Below, in pieces: positions 22,327-33,312 of a DNA stretch of 64,000 nt (the stretch's first letter is position 1; each line of letters begins with the position of its first letter). Under the pieces are notes generated by a model that was not told the DNA's origin, ran no database searches, and worked only from the letters and a program-made list of their open reading frames with translations. The stretch comes from Hyaloraphidium curvatum SAG 235-1 (taxonomy: Eukaryota > Fungi > Monoblepharomycota): assembly GCA_025558095.1 (NCBI GenBank), contig JAIVFI010000012.1:558001-622000 (forward strand). Direction: 5' to 3'. The position numbers were made by a program, and so were the translations under genes.

Positions 22327-23478
22327 ATGCCCATTGGCGGGCGGACGCTCCCGCTGCTGGCCGTCGGCGCCCTCCTCCTCCTGTTCTACTTCTTCTTCCC
22401 CTCCGAGCCGCTCCTCGACGTGCGCACCGCGTCGGGCTCCGTCAAGTGCCCCGCCGGCCCCTCCCTCCCCGGCTCGGCGCCCTCCAAGGTCCACATCGCC
22501 TCCGCGTTCGACGCCGTGTACTCCAAGGGCCTCTGGGGCAAGGAGGGCCGCGGCTCGGGCGACGGCTCGTCGCTGGCCTTCACGCAGGGCGGTAGGGCCT
22601 ACCTGGAAAAGTTCGTCCGGCGGAACCGGATCAGGACGTTTGCCGACGTGCCGTGCGGCTCGGCGCACTGGATCCCGCCGCTGCTCGAGGCGATCAGGAA
22701 GTTCCAGCCGTGCTTCGCGTACCTGGGGCTGGACGTGGTGCGGACCGTGATCGAGGAGAACAGGAGGGGGTACGGGGACGATCCCCTGGTGCGATTCGAG
22801 GTGGCCGACGTTTCGCAGCAACCGCTGCCAAGGGTCGACATGATCCTGTCGAGGGACGCGCTACAGCACCTGCCGCTGGCGGACGCCATCAACGTGCTGG
22901 AAAACATCGCCAGGGCGCAGCCAAAGTTCCTCGTCGTGGGGAGCTACGTCTCGGTGGGCCGGCCCCCGCGATCACTGGCTTATTTTGGGGTTCGCTGACC
23001 CCTTTCCGGCAGCGGAGAAACAAGAACGTGGCAGCGGGGGGCTACTACGACATCGACCTCCTCGCGCCGCCATTCAACCTCCCCTCCCCGAGCGAGATCA
23101 CACCAGAGTGCTGCAACCCCACCACGCAGCCCCACCCGCAAAAGTACTTCTACACCTACACCACTGTACGTCCCCCCACCGCGCAAATTCCGCTCTCCCG
23201 CGCTCATCGCGCCTCCCCCCGCGAAACAGGCGCAGCTCCGAACCTTCGACTTCAAAGCCATGCGCAAGTCCCTCGCCGACGACATGGTCAACGGCGCCTT
23301 CGGCCCGGACCCGTCGCTCTTGGCGGCATTCGTGCCGCCCCCGAACATCGACGCCTCGCAGTTCGAGGACCACGCCAAGAAGCTGATTGCCAAGGAGGGC
23401 GCGGGCGCGCAGCCGGCAAACTGGGCGATGGGGGAGCCGGAGGTGGCGGAAAAGGGCAAGGAGGAGGAGGAGAATTGA
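22327..23478 (+). CDS. Type II membrane class I SAM-dependent methyltransferase-like protein
   Basis: N-terminal TM anchor; FDAVY..GLWG..SGDGSS, DVPCGS..W, YLGLDVV, DMILSRDALQHL; two introns toward the C-terminus. Confidence 0.75.
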
Positions 23479-23602
23479 ATCCTCGGCGCGAAAAAGGCCC
23501 GATTTGTGTGCCGCACGCAATGTTCTTGAGCATGGTGTATGGAGCCGTGTACTGGCCTACAGTAGAGAGATCTTGATGACCACGGAGCCGGACAAAGGAC
23601 GC

Positions 23603-24265
23603 TTAGCTCTTCTGCTGAGCGCGCAAACGGTCCAGCACCGCCCTCTTGGCCTTCGAATCCGCCAGCCCGGCCGCGGAAACGCCCGCAGTCTGGGCCACCG
23701 CGTCCCACTCCTCCAATGGCGCGTCGAACCGCGCCCTGTCCCGGGAAAAGGCCTCCCTGGCGACGGGATCCCTTCCTAGGTCGGGAACGGCGGCGAGGCG
23801 GGACAGTTCGGCCTCGATCGGGGCGCGCTTGTCGGCGGGGAGGGAGGCGATGGCGGTGCGGAAGTTCTCCAGGGCGCCCGCGCGGTCGGCCCCGGGCATG
23901 TCCAGATCGGATGAGTTGAGGTATCTGCATTCGAGGGCGGGACTGTGAGCTGCCGGCAAGGCAGCACGGCGGGCAATGCGCTCCGACCTCTCTCCGGGCG
24001 GGTTCCCCGGCGGCCCCGCGAAATACTCCGACCTGGCGTTCAGAGCCCGCTCGATCTCCTCAACCGTCCCGCCGAGGAACAGCGGCAGCTCCCCCGGTAC
24101 CTTGTCCAGCAGCCAGTGGACGAAGAACGTCAGGTTGTCGGTGGACTGTCCCGAAACCCAGTCCGCGGGCCGGAGGCACTCGGCGACTGCGGCCCACCAG
24201 CCCCACAGCTTGTTGAAGAGCAGCGTGGCGGCACGGTCCAGCTCGTCGGGCGGGCGGGGGGGCAT
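23603..24265 (-). CDS. Hypothetical protein
   Basis: 220-aa ORF with coding bias; possible short in-frame intron near 23930-23980; no motif recognised. Confidence 0.6.
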   Translation of the reverse strand: MPPRPPDELDRAATLLFNKLWGWWAAVAECLRPADWVSGQSTDNLTFFVHWLLDKVPGELPLFLGGTVEEIERALNARSEYFAGPPGNPPGERSERIARRAALPAAHSPALECRYLNSSDLDMPGADRAGALENFRTAIASLPADKRAPIEAELSRLAAVPDLGRDPVAREAFSRDRARFDAPLEEWDAVAQTAGVSAAGLADSKAKRAVLDRLRAQQKS

Positions 24266-24745
24266 CGCGGAATGGGCGACGGGGTTCCGTGCTCAGGGCT
24301 CGCCGTCCCTTGTTGAGGGCTCTATTGAAGTCGACGGACCACCGAATCCCGCCTCGCACGCCGTGCTACGACAAAAGAGAGCATTTGCAACGCCACATCT
24401 TGCCGGCGAGCGTCTGTCCGGGCGTGCGAGCTGCCGCATCCCTCGGCCGTGGCGTGCAAAGCATCCAGATCGAGATCCAATCGAGATCCAGCAAGGCGCC
24501 GAATCCCCGAATTACGTGTGCGGCGCAAGCAGGCTTAGCTGCGGCACGGTCGGCGGCTGATCCCGTTTTTCTGCTCCGGGGGAGCGGCCGTGGGGCGCTG
24601 TGAGGCTGAGCGGGGACCCAACTCCGCCCGGACTCGGTCCCTCCGCAATAAAAGGCGACCGGCCATCGATGGCCGCGTCCGGTCACCTCAGCAACGCGGC
24701 ATCGAAGCGATCTCATACGCTGACATGCGATCCGCTCCCCGCACG

Positions 24746-26007
24746 ATGCGATTCGCCACCGCCCTCGCCGCCGTCGCCGCGCTCGCGCTCGCGCATACCG
24801 CCGACGCGCACATCTCCATGTCCAGCCCGATTCCGCGGGGCTCGCCGCTGGGGCCGTGGCCCGAGAGCCAGAGGGACTACTCGCTCATGTCGCCGCTCGA
24901 CAACGGCGGCGTGGGTAGGACCTATCCCTGCCAGGGGAAGGTGGGGGGGCTCGACATCCCGGGATCGAAAAATGTCTGACCATCGCCCTCTTCTGTCCAT
25001 GCCTGCAGCCCAAGGGCGTCAACACCGCCAAGTGGACTGCCGGCCAGCAGGTCACCGTGACGTGGTCCGGCACGGCGACGCACGGCGGCGGGCACTGCCA
25101 GCTCGCCGTCTCGTACGACGCCGGCAGCACCTTTGTCGTGCTCGACACCATCCTCGGGGACTGCCTGATCCGCGGCATGTCGCACACCTTCACGCTGCCG
25201 GCCGATTTGCCGGCTTCGCCCTCGGCCGTCTTTGCCTGGACCTGGGTGAGTGAATCGATGCCGCATGTCAAACATCGGCTAACCTCACTCTGCGTCCTCC
25301 GTGCCCGAATCTCTCGACGTAGATGAATGCCATAGGTAATTCAGAAGCCGGAGTTTAGAAACTCGACCTAATAGTCCCTACCAATCAGGAAATCGCGAGT
25401 ACTACATGAACTGCGCGGACGTCGAGATCGTCTCTCCAACCTGCGGGCCCTTCACCGCCCCCCGTCTCTTTGTCGCCCAGGTCGTCCCGCCCTCGACCCA
25501 GGTCTTCCCCGAATGGAGCGCGACCGGCTACGACTACCGCAACGAGCTGCTAAACGGCAGGCCGATGACCACCGTGACGGGGGACGGGTGCGGGGCGCCG
25601 CCTCCGCCCGCGAGCTCGCAGACGCCGGCGAGCACCGCCCGCCCCGCGACCTCGACCGTCAGACCGCCAGCTGCAACCACCACCCGCGCAGCCAATCCCG
25701 TGACAACTGCCCTTGCCAGGACCTCAACCCGCCGCACGCAGACATTCACCGCCGCCACCCCCGCCGTAAGCCCGTCGCATCTCACCTCCGCTTCCATCTA
25801 ACCCGCCTTTCCACCGCACAGCCCCAGCCCACCGGTGGTCCCCTACCCCCCTGCACCCTCGCCAACAACGGGCAGCAGGCGTGCCCCGCTCCCCCCGGCC
25901 AGGGATATCTGTGGTGCGTGAATGGCGCATGGATCGAGAGGCCGTGCCCGGCGGGGACCAAGTGCAGGGCGCTGAGCGCGACGGACGTGGTGTGCGATTG
26001 GGTGTAG
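24746..26007 (+). CDS. Secreted AA11-like lytic polysaccharide monooxygenase with Thr/Pro linker and Cys-rich CBM19-like C-terminal module
   Basis: Signal peptide ending ADA then mature N-terminal His (HISMSSP); YPCQG, [29 protein letters not shown]; C-terminal C..GQQAC...WCVNGAWIERPCPAGTKC. Confidence 0.85.
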
Positions 26008-26209
26008 TGTGCGCGGGTGCGATCGGGGTGTATTTGGACACCATCGTGGGGAATCGGAAGTGTGAAGCCACAAGCGAGTGTCAATTGTAGCACCTGTGGT
26101 CAAGCGTCCGCCGATTCCTGCCCAGCTGATGCGCTCGTAATGAATCGAGTAAGACAATTCGGGCAATGAAGACATGAAACAAGAACCCTTCACTTTCATT
26201 CCCGTGGCC

Positions 26210-29200
26210 TCAGACTGCGTAACCCATGTCGCGGAGCTCCTTCTGCACCTTGTCCCAGCCCTTTGCGATCTTCTCGTCCAGCTCCCAACCCCGCCTCTCT
26301 CGCATCCTCTCCAGTTCCCTCAACACGACGGGTCCAAAGAACGTGAGCGCGAGCCCGTGCTGCTGCTCGTCCATCAATGGGGGCAGTCCCGCCCACAGCC
26401 TGTCGAGCACGGCGGGGAGCGCAGCGAGCCCGAGCTCGAGATCGATCGGCTCCCGGCCGCCCGAGGCGCGCCGCACGAGCTCGCATGCCGAGGCTGCCAA
26501 ATCACGAAAGTCCTTGCGATCGTCGATCCTGACGCCGATGATCTCCATCGCGGCCGCCAGAGCCTTGATGGCGCCGAGAGCCTCCCTGTTGGAGGGTGCC
26601 GAGGGACCTTTGTTCGGGCCCGGGCCCTCTGGAACGGCGACCTCCGAGTTCAGCTCATCCCGCCGCGCCTTGCCGAGTAATGAAACCGCCTGGGCGAGCT
26701 GCCCGTCCGTCAACACCTGAAGAACCAGCCCGCCCTCCTTCTGCAGCCACTCGATTGTGGGGTGATGGGGGTCCTGGATCCACACAACAGCGGCGTTCCT
26801 GCAACGCGTCATAAGGACAAGCCACGTCGTGAAGCCATCGCGACACCGATCCCGTTCGGCTTCGGCCAAATCTTCCCCGTTGTCCAGCTTGCGGATCAGC
26901 TTCGCGTCCGTGCCCAAAAAGGGCTGGTCCAGCACGCACAGCGTGTCAAATTCCAGGCCGCGGCAGTCTTCCAGCCCCAGCACTAGCAGCGGCTTGATCT
27001 CGGGGTCGTCCACCAGGACCGGATCTGGGGCTCCGGGCCCGTGGAGCAGGAAGAAGTTTTGCTGGCTGAGCTTGAGCAGCTTCTTGGCCGCTTCGGCGTC
27101 CGGGCACACCAGCACGGGCGGTGACTCCCACAGCGACGAGCGGACGACCTTGTCCACCGAGAAATCGTCGAACTCGGCCTTGAAGTGGCGCTTAAGCCAC
27201 CGCTGGAGCACCGAGTCTACGACTTTCAACACGCCGATCGGGCACCGGAAGTTGATGCTCAGCACAATGCTGCTGTGCTGCAGCGCAACTCCGGCCACGT
27301 CGCAGGCCTCGACGACAGCGGGACGGACCCCTCTCCGCCTAGCCGCCGTTTCTTTGCCGACGCTTTGCTTGGAATCAAGTCCAATGACGACGGATTCCGG
27401 GTGGCCGCTCGACAGGGCCAGAATTTTAAGCTGCACCGGCGTGATGGACTGCGCCTCATCGATCAGAAGGGGGCCGAAGTGCTTGCGCAGGGCCTCCATG
27501 TGCGCGGGATCGCCGAGCCCGGTGCGGTAGCCTTCCCAGATCCCCTTGAGGTGCTCCCAGAGATCCTCCTCGTCCTTCAGCCCCTCGGTCTTCTTCCAAT
27601 GCCGGTACCAATTGACTTCACCGGCGTCAAGCCTGTTTGCCCACATGCGTTGTAGCTTCGCGGGCGTCGCTTTTCGGTCCCTCCGCCGGGCCGCCTTCTC
27701 GAACTCGCACTGCGTGACCGGTTTTCGCCATTCCGAAGGCCACAAGAGGTCAATGCGGTCCTGCACCGTCACGGCATCGACGTGGTAGGTACGGCTGATC
27801 TTCTCCCGCAGCCGCGGTGTAGGAACAATGATCCTTGCGCCCGGGGTTGCACGAGCGATTTCTGACAGCACTGGTAGACATTCCGGTGCGTCAATTGGGT
27901 ACACATGCGGTATCGCGAAGCTTGTGCTCACCCGTTGTTTTGCCGTTGCCCGCGGACCCCTTGAGGAAAAGTGCCACCTGCTGCGATCTCGCGAGCTTGA
28001 TCGCCTGCGGCGGTCAAAACTGTTAGGAAGGATAATTCCGTTGACTGCGGGTGTCCAGCAATGCAGACCTCCAACTCCTGTCGAGTGAGAACCGGCCGGC
28101 TCCGCCCAGTTCCGAGATCGGTCTCGATCAGCATGTCGAGGTTCCCCAGGAACCTCCGCGGCAAGAAGAACCCGTCTCCAAGTTCCGGATTTGCAGAGGC
28201 TTCGCGCTTGAAAGCAAGCGCAGTGTCCCGCATGGCCACCGCCAGCAGACGGTCGTGGCGGAGCCCGTCGGCGTCCAGTTCCGCGGCAGTCGCGTCGCGG
28301 TCGTCCGACGCGAGGAAGTTGGGGCCCAAGCGGTCGATCGCATCACGGATTTCTGCTGCCCGATCGATGACGCGGTTGAAGCCCTGGATGGACGGGGAGA
28401 ATAAGCGCCAGTTCACGCGGATCTGGTCCGCGCAACCGACCTTGTGATCCAGCTTGATGGAAGTGATGAGGAACACCCCAGGTTCCAGCTCCACGTAGAA
28501 GACCCGTTCCTGCTTATTCAGCCGTCCCTCGAACGTTCGGTCGCGGACCTTCTTGCGGAATTGCCTGTCAACGACGTCAGTGATCACGGTTGAGAAAGGA
28601 GGCAATGCTAGACATACAGCTTCTGACGCCCGGAGAAGATGTCCAAGACCTTGCTCTTGATGTTCAGGCTCTCGATCAGCCTGTGTACCTGAGCCCGCAC
28701 AAGGATTCGACCCCGCGGGAGCGACAATGCAGCCTCTTCGTCGTCATCCGGAAGAGATTCTAATCCGCTGGCCGCAACACCGGGAATTGGCGTATCATCT
28801 GGCAGCTTCCAGTCCGGAAAGAGTGCCTTGAGCAGGTATTCTGGAGGCATCTCCCCCGTGATACTCTGATCCAGGGCCGCGAGCCACTCCTCCAGACAAG
28901 AAACGAATTGCAACTCGGTGGAACGCGATGCTTCTTCCGCCGAAAGGGGTCCCAGAACCGAAACAGGGGCCAGAGGGGCGACCGCCTTCACCGTCTCCCA
29001 AATGTCGACCCGGAGAACGACCCGAGCGCGACCTGCAAGGGGACGGTCTGCATGCCTGGGCGGCCTGCGCTGGCTCGATAGGGGACGCGTCCACCGAAAC
29101 ATCCAATCCATATCCTCGGCCGAAGGGCTGCTGCCAAGCGGGATCGGGCCCGTGAGACTCGCCGTCCGGTGTTGCGCCGCTGCGCCCGCTTTTCGCCGCT

Positions 29201-31690
29201 GTCGACCGAGAAGGCAAAGACATGCACCTCAAGTTCAGCAATCGGCTCGATCGGAACGATCTGGAATGACCTCGAAGCACCCTTGCCGGACACTTCCAGC
29301 TTGAGGCGCAGGTCCTTCCATTCCGCTTCAGGCAGATTCGGAGAGACCGTCGAATGCCCGCCGCGAGCGGCAAAAAGAACGTCGAACTCGACCCCGCGCT
29401 CATCGATCTTGACGGGGTCGACATCCGGCCACGGGGCCGCCCTGTACTCGAGCCACCGCTTGCGGTCGCGCCAGCGAGGCCACCGGCGCTCCAAAAAGGC
29501 GACCACGAGACGAGCCCTTGGATGCGAGACAAGTCGGGCCAGGCGCTGCTCCTTGAGCCTCCGACGGATCCGAGCAAGGTAGCGGGAAAAGACGGCGGCC
29601 CGATGGATCCTGAACGCCATCGCCGAGACCCTCGCGAACTCGTCCTTTCCCAGGCCCGCGAACTTTGCCCACGCCTGCTGCCGGCGGATGTCCTCCATCA
29701 GGCGGGTCACGTAGCCGTCGTCCGCGCTGGCGGGCATGTGGAGCTGCTCCCTGATCTGCCCGACCGTGCCCTCGAGCCGCGCCCGCATGTGGATGCGGTA
29801 GCACGAGTCTGCGATTTTCCCAGCCTCCGTCGCCAGTTCTTCGGAAGCTTTCCGGCCCAATGCGCCGTCAGCTCCCCCAGAAGCTTCGCAGAGAAGCGCG
29901 ACGTGCTGGGCAACGCGCAGGGCATGTTTTGTAGCCGATTCCAGCTCACTCAGCCTGTCCTTTGCACGGCCCTTTGCTGCGGATTCCGACAGGAGCGCGT
30001 CTGGTTTCTCGGCGAGCATGACCTCGACCAGCGACAGCACGCCGGAGACGGCCCTGCAGGCCTCGAGCAGCTCGACCTCCGGGACGCGGTCCAACGAGCC
30101 GTACGCCTTCTCCAACACCTGAACGTAGAGATCCGCCGTGCCGAGCAGGTCGCGGAGGAGCGCGCGCTCCGATGCGAGCACGCGGCGGGCTCCCTTGGTT
30201 TCGGCCAGGCCGGCCAGGTGCCCGCAGAGGGAGAAGCACACGGCCTGGAGCATGCCCGAAGCGAGGAGATTCTCGGCGTGCTCCACGGTGAGGCGGGCCG
30301 CGTCGACGATCTGGGAGCCGGAGAACCAGGTCCTTTTGGGCACCGCGCCGAGGAGCTCCACGAGCTTGCCGCCCAGGGCGGCGCCCGCGAACTCCTTGAG
30401 CAACGGGAGCCCCTGCCTGGCGAACCGCTCTTTGGCATCGTGGTAGAACGCTTGGTCCTCGTCCGTTGGAAACAGGTGTGGCTCCGCACGTGTGGTCTCA
30501 CCGCGGAAAGGGACCGAGGGAAAGCAGTCCTTCAGCTCCCTGGATCTGGGCAACTGCAGCAACGAGGCAAAAGGGTGCGCACGCGTCGTCAGAACCTTGT
30601 CAAAGTTACCCAGTTCCTCTCTGAAAGCACGCAGCCGCGATATCCTCGTCATCTGAGCCTTCTCCGTCTCGGTGGCAACGGGATCGTCGGTATCGACCGC
30701 GCTCCGGGTCGGCTTCTCCTGTCCGGCGGTCGCGGATGCCTGCCACGCTTCCTTGGTCGACTCGAGCTTCTTCCGCATCTCCGTTGCCTTGGCAGTTGAA
30801 TCCGTGAGCTGCGTCTCCGCTCTCGCTTTCGCCTCCGTCGCCCTGGCTACGGCATCCTCGGCCTTCTTCAGCCTCTCCGAGCTCTTGGTCGCACCGTTGA
30901 CCTTTGTATCCGTCCGTTTGCCGCCCGGATGATCCGGTGAAGGAGAACCGGCGCCGTCGGGCTTCGCCTCCGACGGCTTCCCGGCTTCGTCCGCATCCAG
31001 CTTCTTCAGCGCTTCCAGCTTCGCCGCCGCGTCCGCCAGCTTAGCCGTGGCCCTCTCCAGCTGCTGCTTGTGCTTGGCGACCGCCTCGTCCGCCCCGGCG
31101 ACGGTCACCCTCTTCTGCAGCTCCTCCTCCTTTTTGTTCCACGCCGTCTTCGCGGCCTTTTCGGCACCCTTCTTCGTTCGCTCCGCGTCGGTCTTGGCCT
31201 CCGCCTTCCGCATCCTGACCGCCTCCTCTCTGCCCTTCCTCTCCCGGTCGAGCCGGGGATCGATCGCATCCAAGGCCGCGGAGGCGTCCCCCAGCACAGC
31301 GACGTAGGCATCCGAAGCGTTCCGCGGGTCCAGATCCTGCCACGCGCACGTCGTGGCCCTGATCTCCGCTTCGGTTTTCTCCCTCTTCTTGTCGACCTTG
31401 GGCCTTTTGCGCGTCGGTTCGGGCCAGAGCGCCCCGGCCGCCCCTGAAACCGCCGACGCGACGACCTTCGCCACGCCCCAGACGCCCCCGGCGACCCGCT
31501 GCACGAACGACGGCCCGTCCGCTGCGCCGTCTCCCGGCTGGGTGGCGCCGGGGGCCGGCTCGTCCTCCGCCGCGGGAACCCGCCGAGCGTCCCCCGAGGG
31601 CCCGCCGCCGGGCTCGGACGCCCCCTGCTTGGGCTTGTGCGGCCGTCGCCGGCGGGGTGGCCGCGTCGGACGCGGAGACGCGGCGTCCAT
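26210..31690 (-). CDS. ~1,746-aa protein: N-terminal coiled-coil/helical region, RelE/ParE-like domain, SF1 (UvrD-like) helicase; proposed exons 31690-29095, 29032-28618, 28564-28069, 28004-27932, 27870-26210
   Basis: Four GT-AG introns of 53-64 nt keep the frame (5,241 nt total). Motifs: LKGSAGNGKTT, IVPTPRL, LLIDEAQ, GLDSKQS, LSINFRCP, CRGLEFD, VLMTRCR; RelE-like FEGRLNKQERVFY...VFLITSIKLDHK. Confidence 0.75.
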
Positions 31691-32071
31691 GGCCGGAAAC
31701 GGGGGGGTCGCACTTGCGGCGCGCGCACGCGTCATCACTCGGGCTGTCGATCGCCCCCGCGGTGCCTGTCGGACAGAACACGTCCCTCGACTCCCATTCG
31801 GCCATTCGTCTCCATTCTTTATTGGTCGACTTTGGCCACGATCGGGCACGATTGCCCCGATTCCATCGGTTAGAGGCGTTCCCATACCAGGTCGCCCAAG
31901 AATGGGCCCATCCACACAATCGAGGTCACAACAAATGCCAGCAGATGCGATAGAGCACTCTTGGCTTCGACGAGGTGCCACGGCTGGGGGAGTCAGCTAT
32001 ATCTCGAACGTGGTGACGCGGGACGCCCCGTGATCGCGGCCCGGGAGACCCCTCCACCAACAACGGCCGCC

Positions 32072-33064
32072 ATGCCGGGCAAGCCGCGGCGGCGGCAGCG
32101 CGAGCCCTCCGCCGACTCGTCCGCGCTCGCGGCGCAGCTCGCCACCCTCGGACTGGAGCGGCGCGACGTTGCGGGCGACGGCAACTGCCTCTTCCGCGCG
32201 CTGTCCGACCAGCTGCACGGCCACGACGGGCTGCACGCGCGGCTGCGCGCCGACACCGTGCGGCACATGCGCGACCACGCGGGCGACTACCGCGCGTTCA
32301 TCGACCCCGACGTCGACGCCGGGCTCGGCAGGAAGGGCCGCCGGAAACACACCGGAGACCCCGCGGAGAGCGGCTTCGCGCTGTACCTCGAGAACATGGC
32401 CCGCGACGGCGTGTATGCGGGCAACCTGGAGCTCGTGGCGTTCGCGAAGGTGGCCGGGAGGGACGTGGTGGTGCACCAGCTCGGCCAGGCGCCGTGGGCG
32501 ATCCGGTGCGAGGGACCGAAGACGGGGCCGGCGCTGCACATCGTCTACCGCGACTGGGAGCACTACGAGTCCGTGAGGAGCATCGCCGGGCACGCGGGGA
32601 AGGAGGGCGGGGTGGAGTGGCGGGACGTGGCGGATCCCGCGGCCCGGAGGGCGAGCGCCGAGCGGGAGGGACGGACAAAGTGGGGCCAGCCGGTGGCATG
32701 GGGCACCGACGACCCCGATGCCGAGGCGGAGGAGGTCGACGTGTCGGCGCTCATGTCCTCGTACGGCGAGGATTCGCCGTTGGAGGAGGACGTGCCGGCG
32801 CGGAGGGATTCGCTGGAGCACTCGCGCGGCCTGCCGCCGCTCCCGCCGCCGGAGTCGGCGCCGCCCGCGGGGAAGGAGAAGCGGCCGTCGAAGCAGCAGC
32901 TGCGCGAGGCCAAGAAGAGGGCGCAGAAGGAGGCGGCGTTGGAGAAGAAGCGGGGGCGGAGCTCCACGAACGCTTCGGACGCGTCGGCGTTTGCCCCCAC
33001 GGGGAGGGGCGACGCGGATGGGATCGAGGAGCTCGTGGGCGGGATGAAGGTCGTCTGCATATGA
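32072..33064 (+). CDS. OTU-domain deubiquitinase (OTUD3/Otu2-like)
   Basis: GDGNCLFRALSDQL, YAGNLELVAF, LHIVY..WEHYESVR. Confidence 0.92.
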   Translation: MPGKPRRRQREPSADSSALAAQLATLGLERRDVAGDGNCLFRALSDQLHGHDGLHARLRADTVRHMRDHAGDYRAFIDPDVDAGLGRKGRRKHTGDPAESGFALYLENMARDGVYAGNLELVAFAKVAGRDVVVHQLGQAPWAIRCEGPKTGPALHIVYRDWEHYESVRSIAGHAGKEGGVEWRDVADPAARRASAEREGRTKWGQPVAWGTDDPDAEAEEVDVSALMSSYGEDSPLEEDVPARRDSLEHSRGLPPLPPPESAPPAGKEKRPSKQQLREAKKRAQKEAALEKKRGRSSTNASDASAFAPTGRGDADGIEELVGGMKVVCI

Positions 33065-33312
33065 GTGCTTTTGTTGCTGTGCACGGTCGGGGACACGGTC
33101 GGTGATGTACAATGGCCATGAATGGGTTGATTGATTGCCGGGAATGGGCCTCGAACCATGAATCTCCCTCTCCAGCAAGAGACGCTCCTTCTCCAGCAAG
33201 AGACTGCTCGCTGGAAGGACCCTTCCTCGCCACCTGAGTGGACGAGGACGCGCCACGCACAGCACTTTGTTACAACTTTGAGACGGCCCAACCTCCACAT
33301 TCGCCGTCCGCC

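Noticed and set aside
26210-31981. Prokaryote-style operon, frameshifted pseudogene, or Helitron/viral insertion
   Set aside because: Every frame change coincides with a host-type GT-AG intron. I saw no Rep/HUH, polymerase, capsid or terminal repeats, and the motifs are UvrD-like rather than Pif1-like.
33168-33210. 21-bp tandem duplication (tctccagcaagagac x2) in the intergenic region; also a 30-bp coding duplication near 39720-39782
   Set aside because: Two-copy local slippage with no evidence of function.
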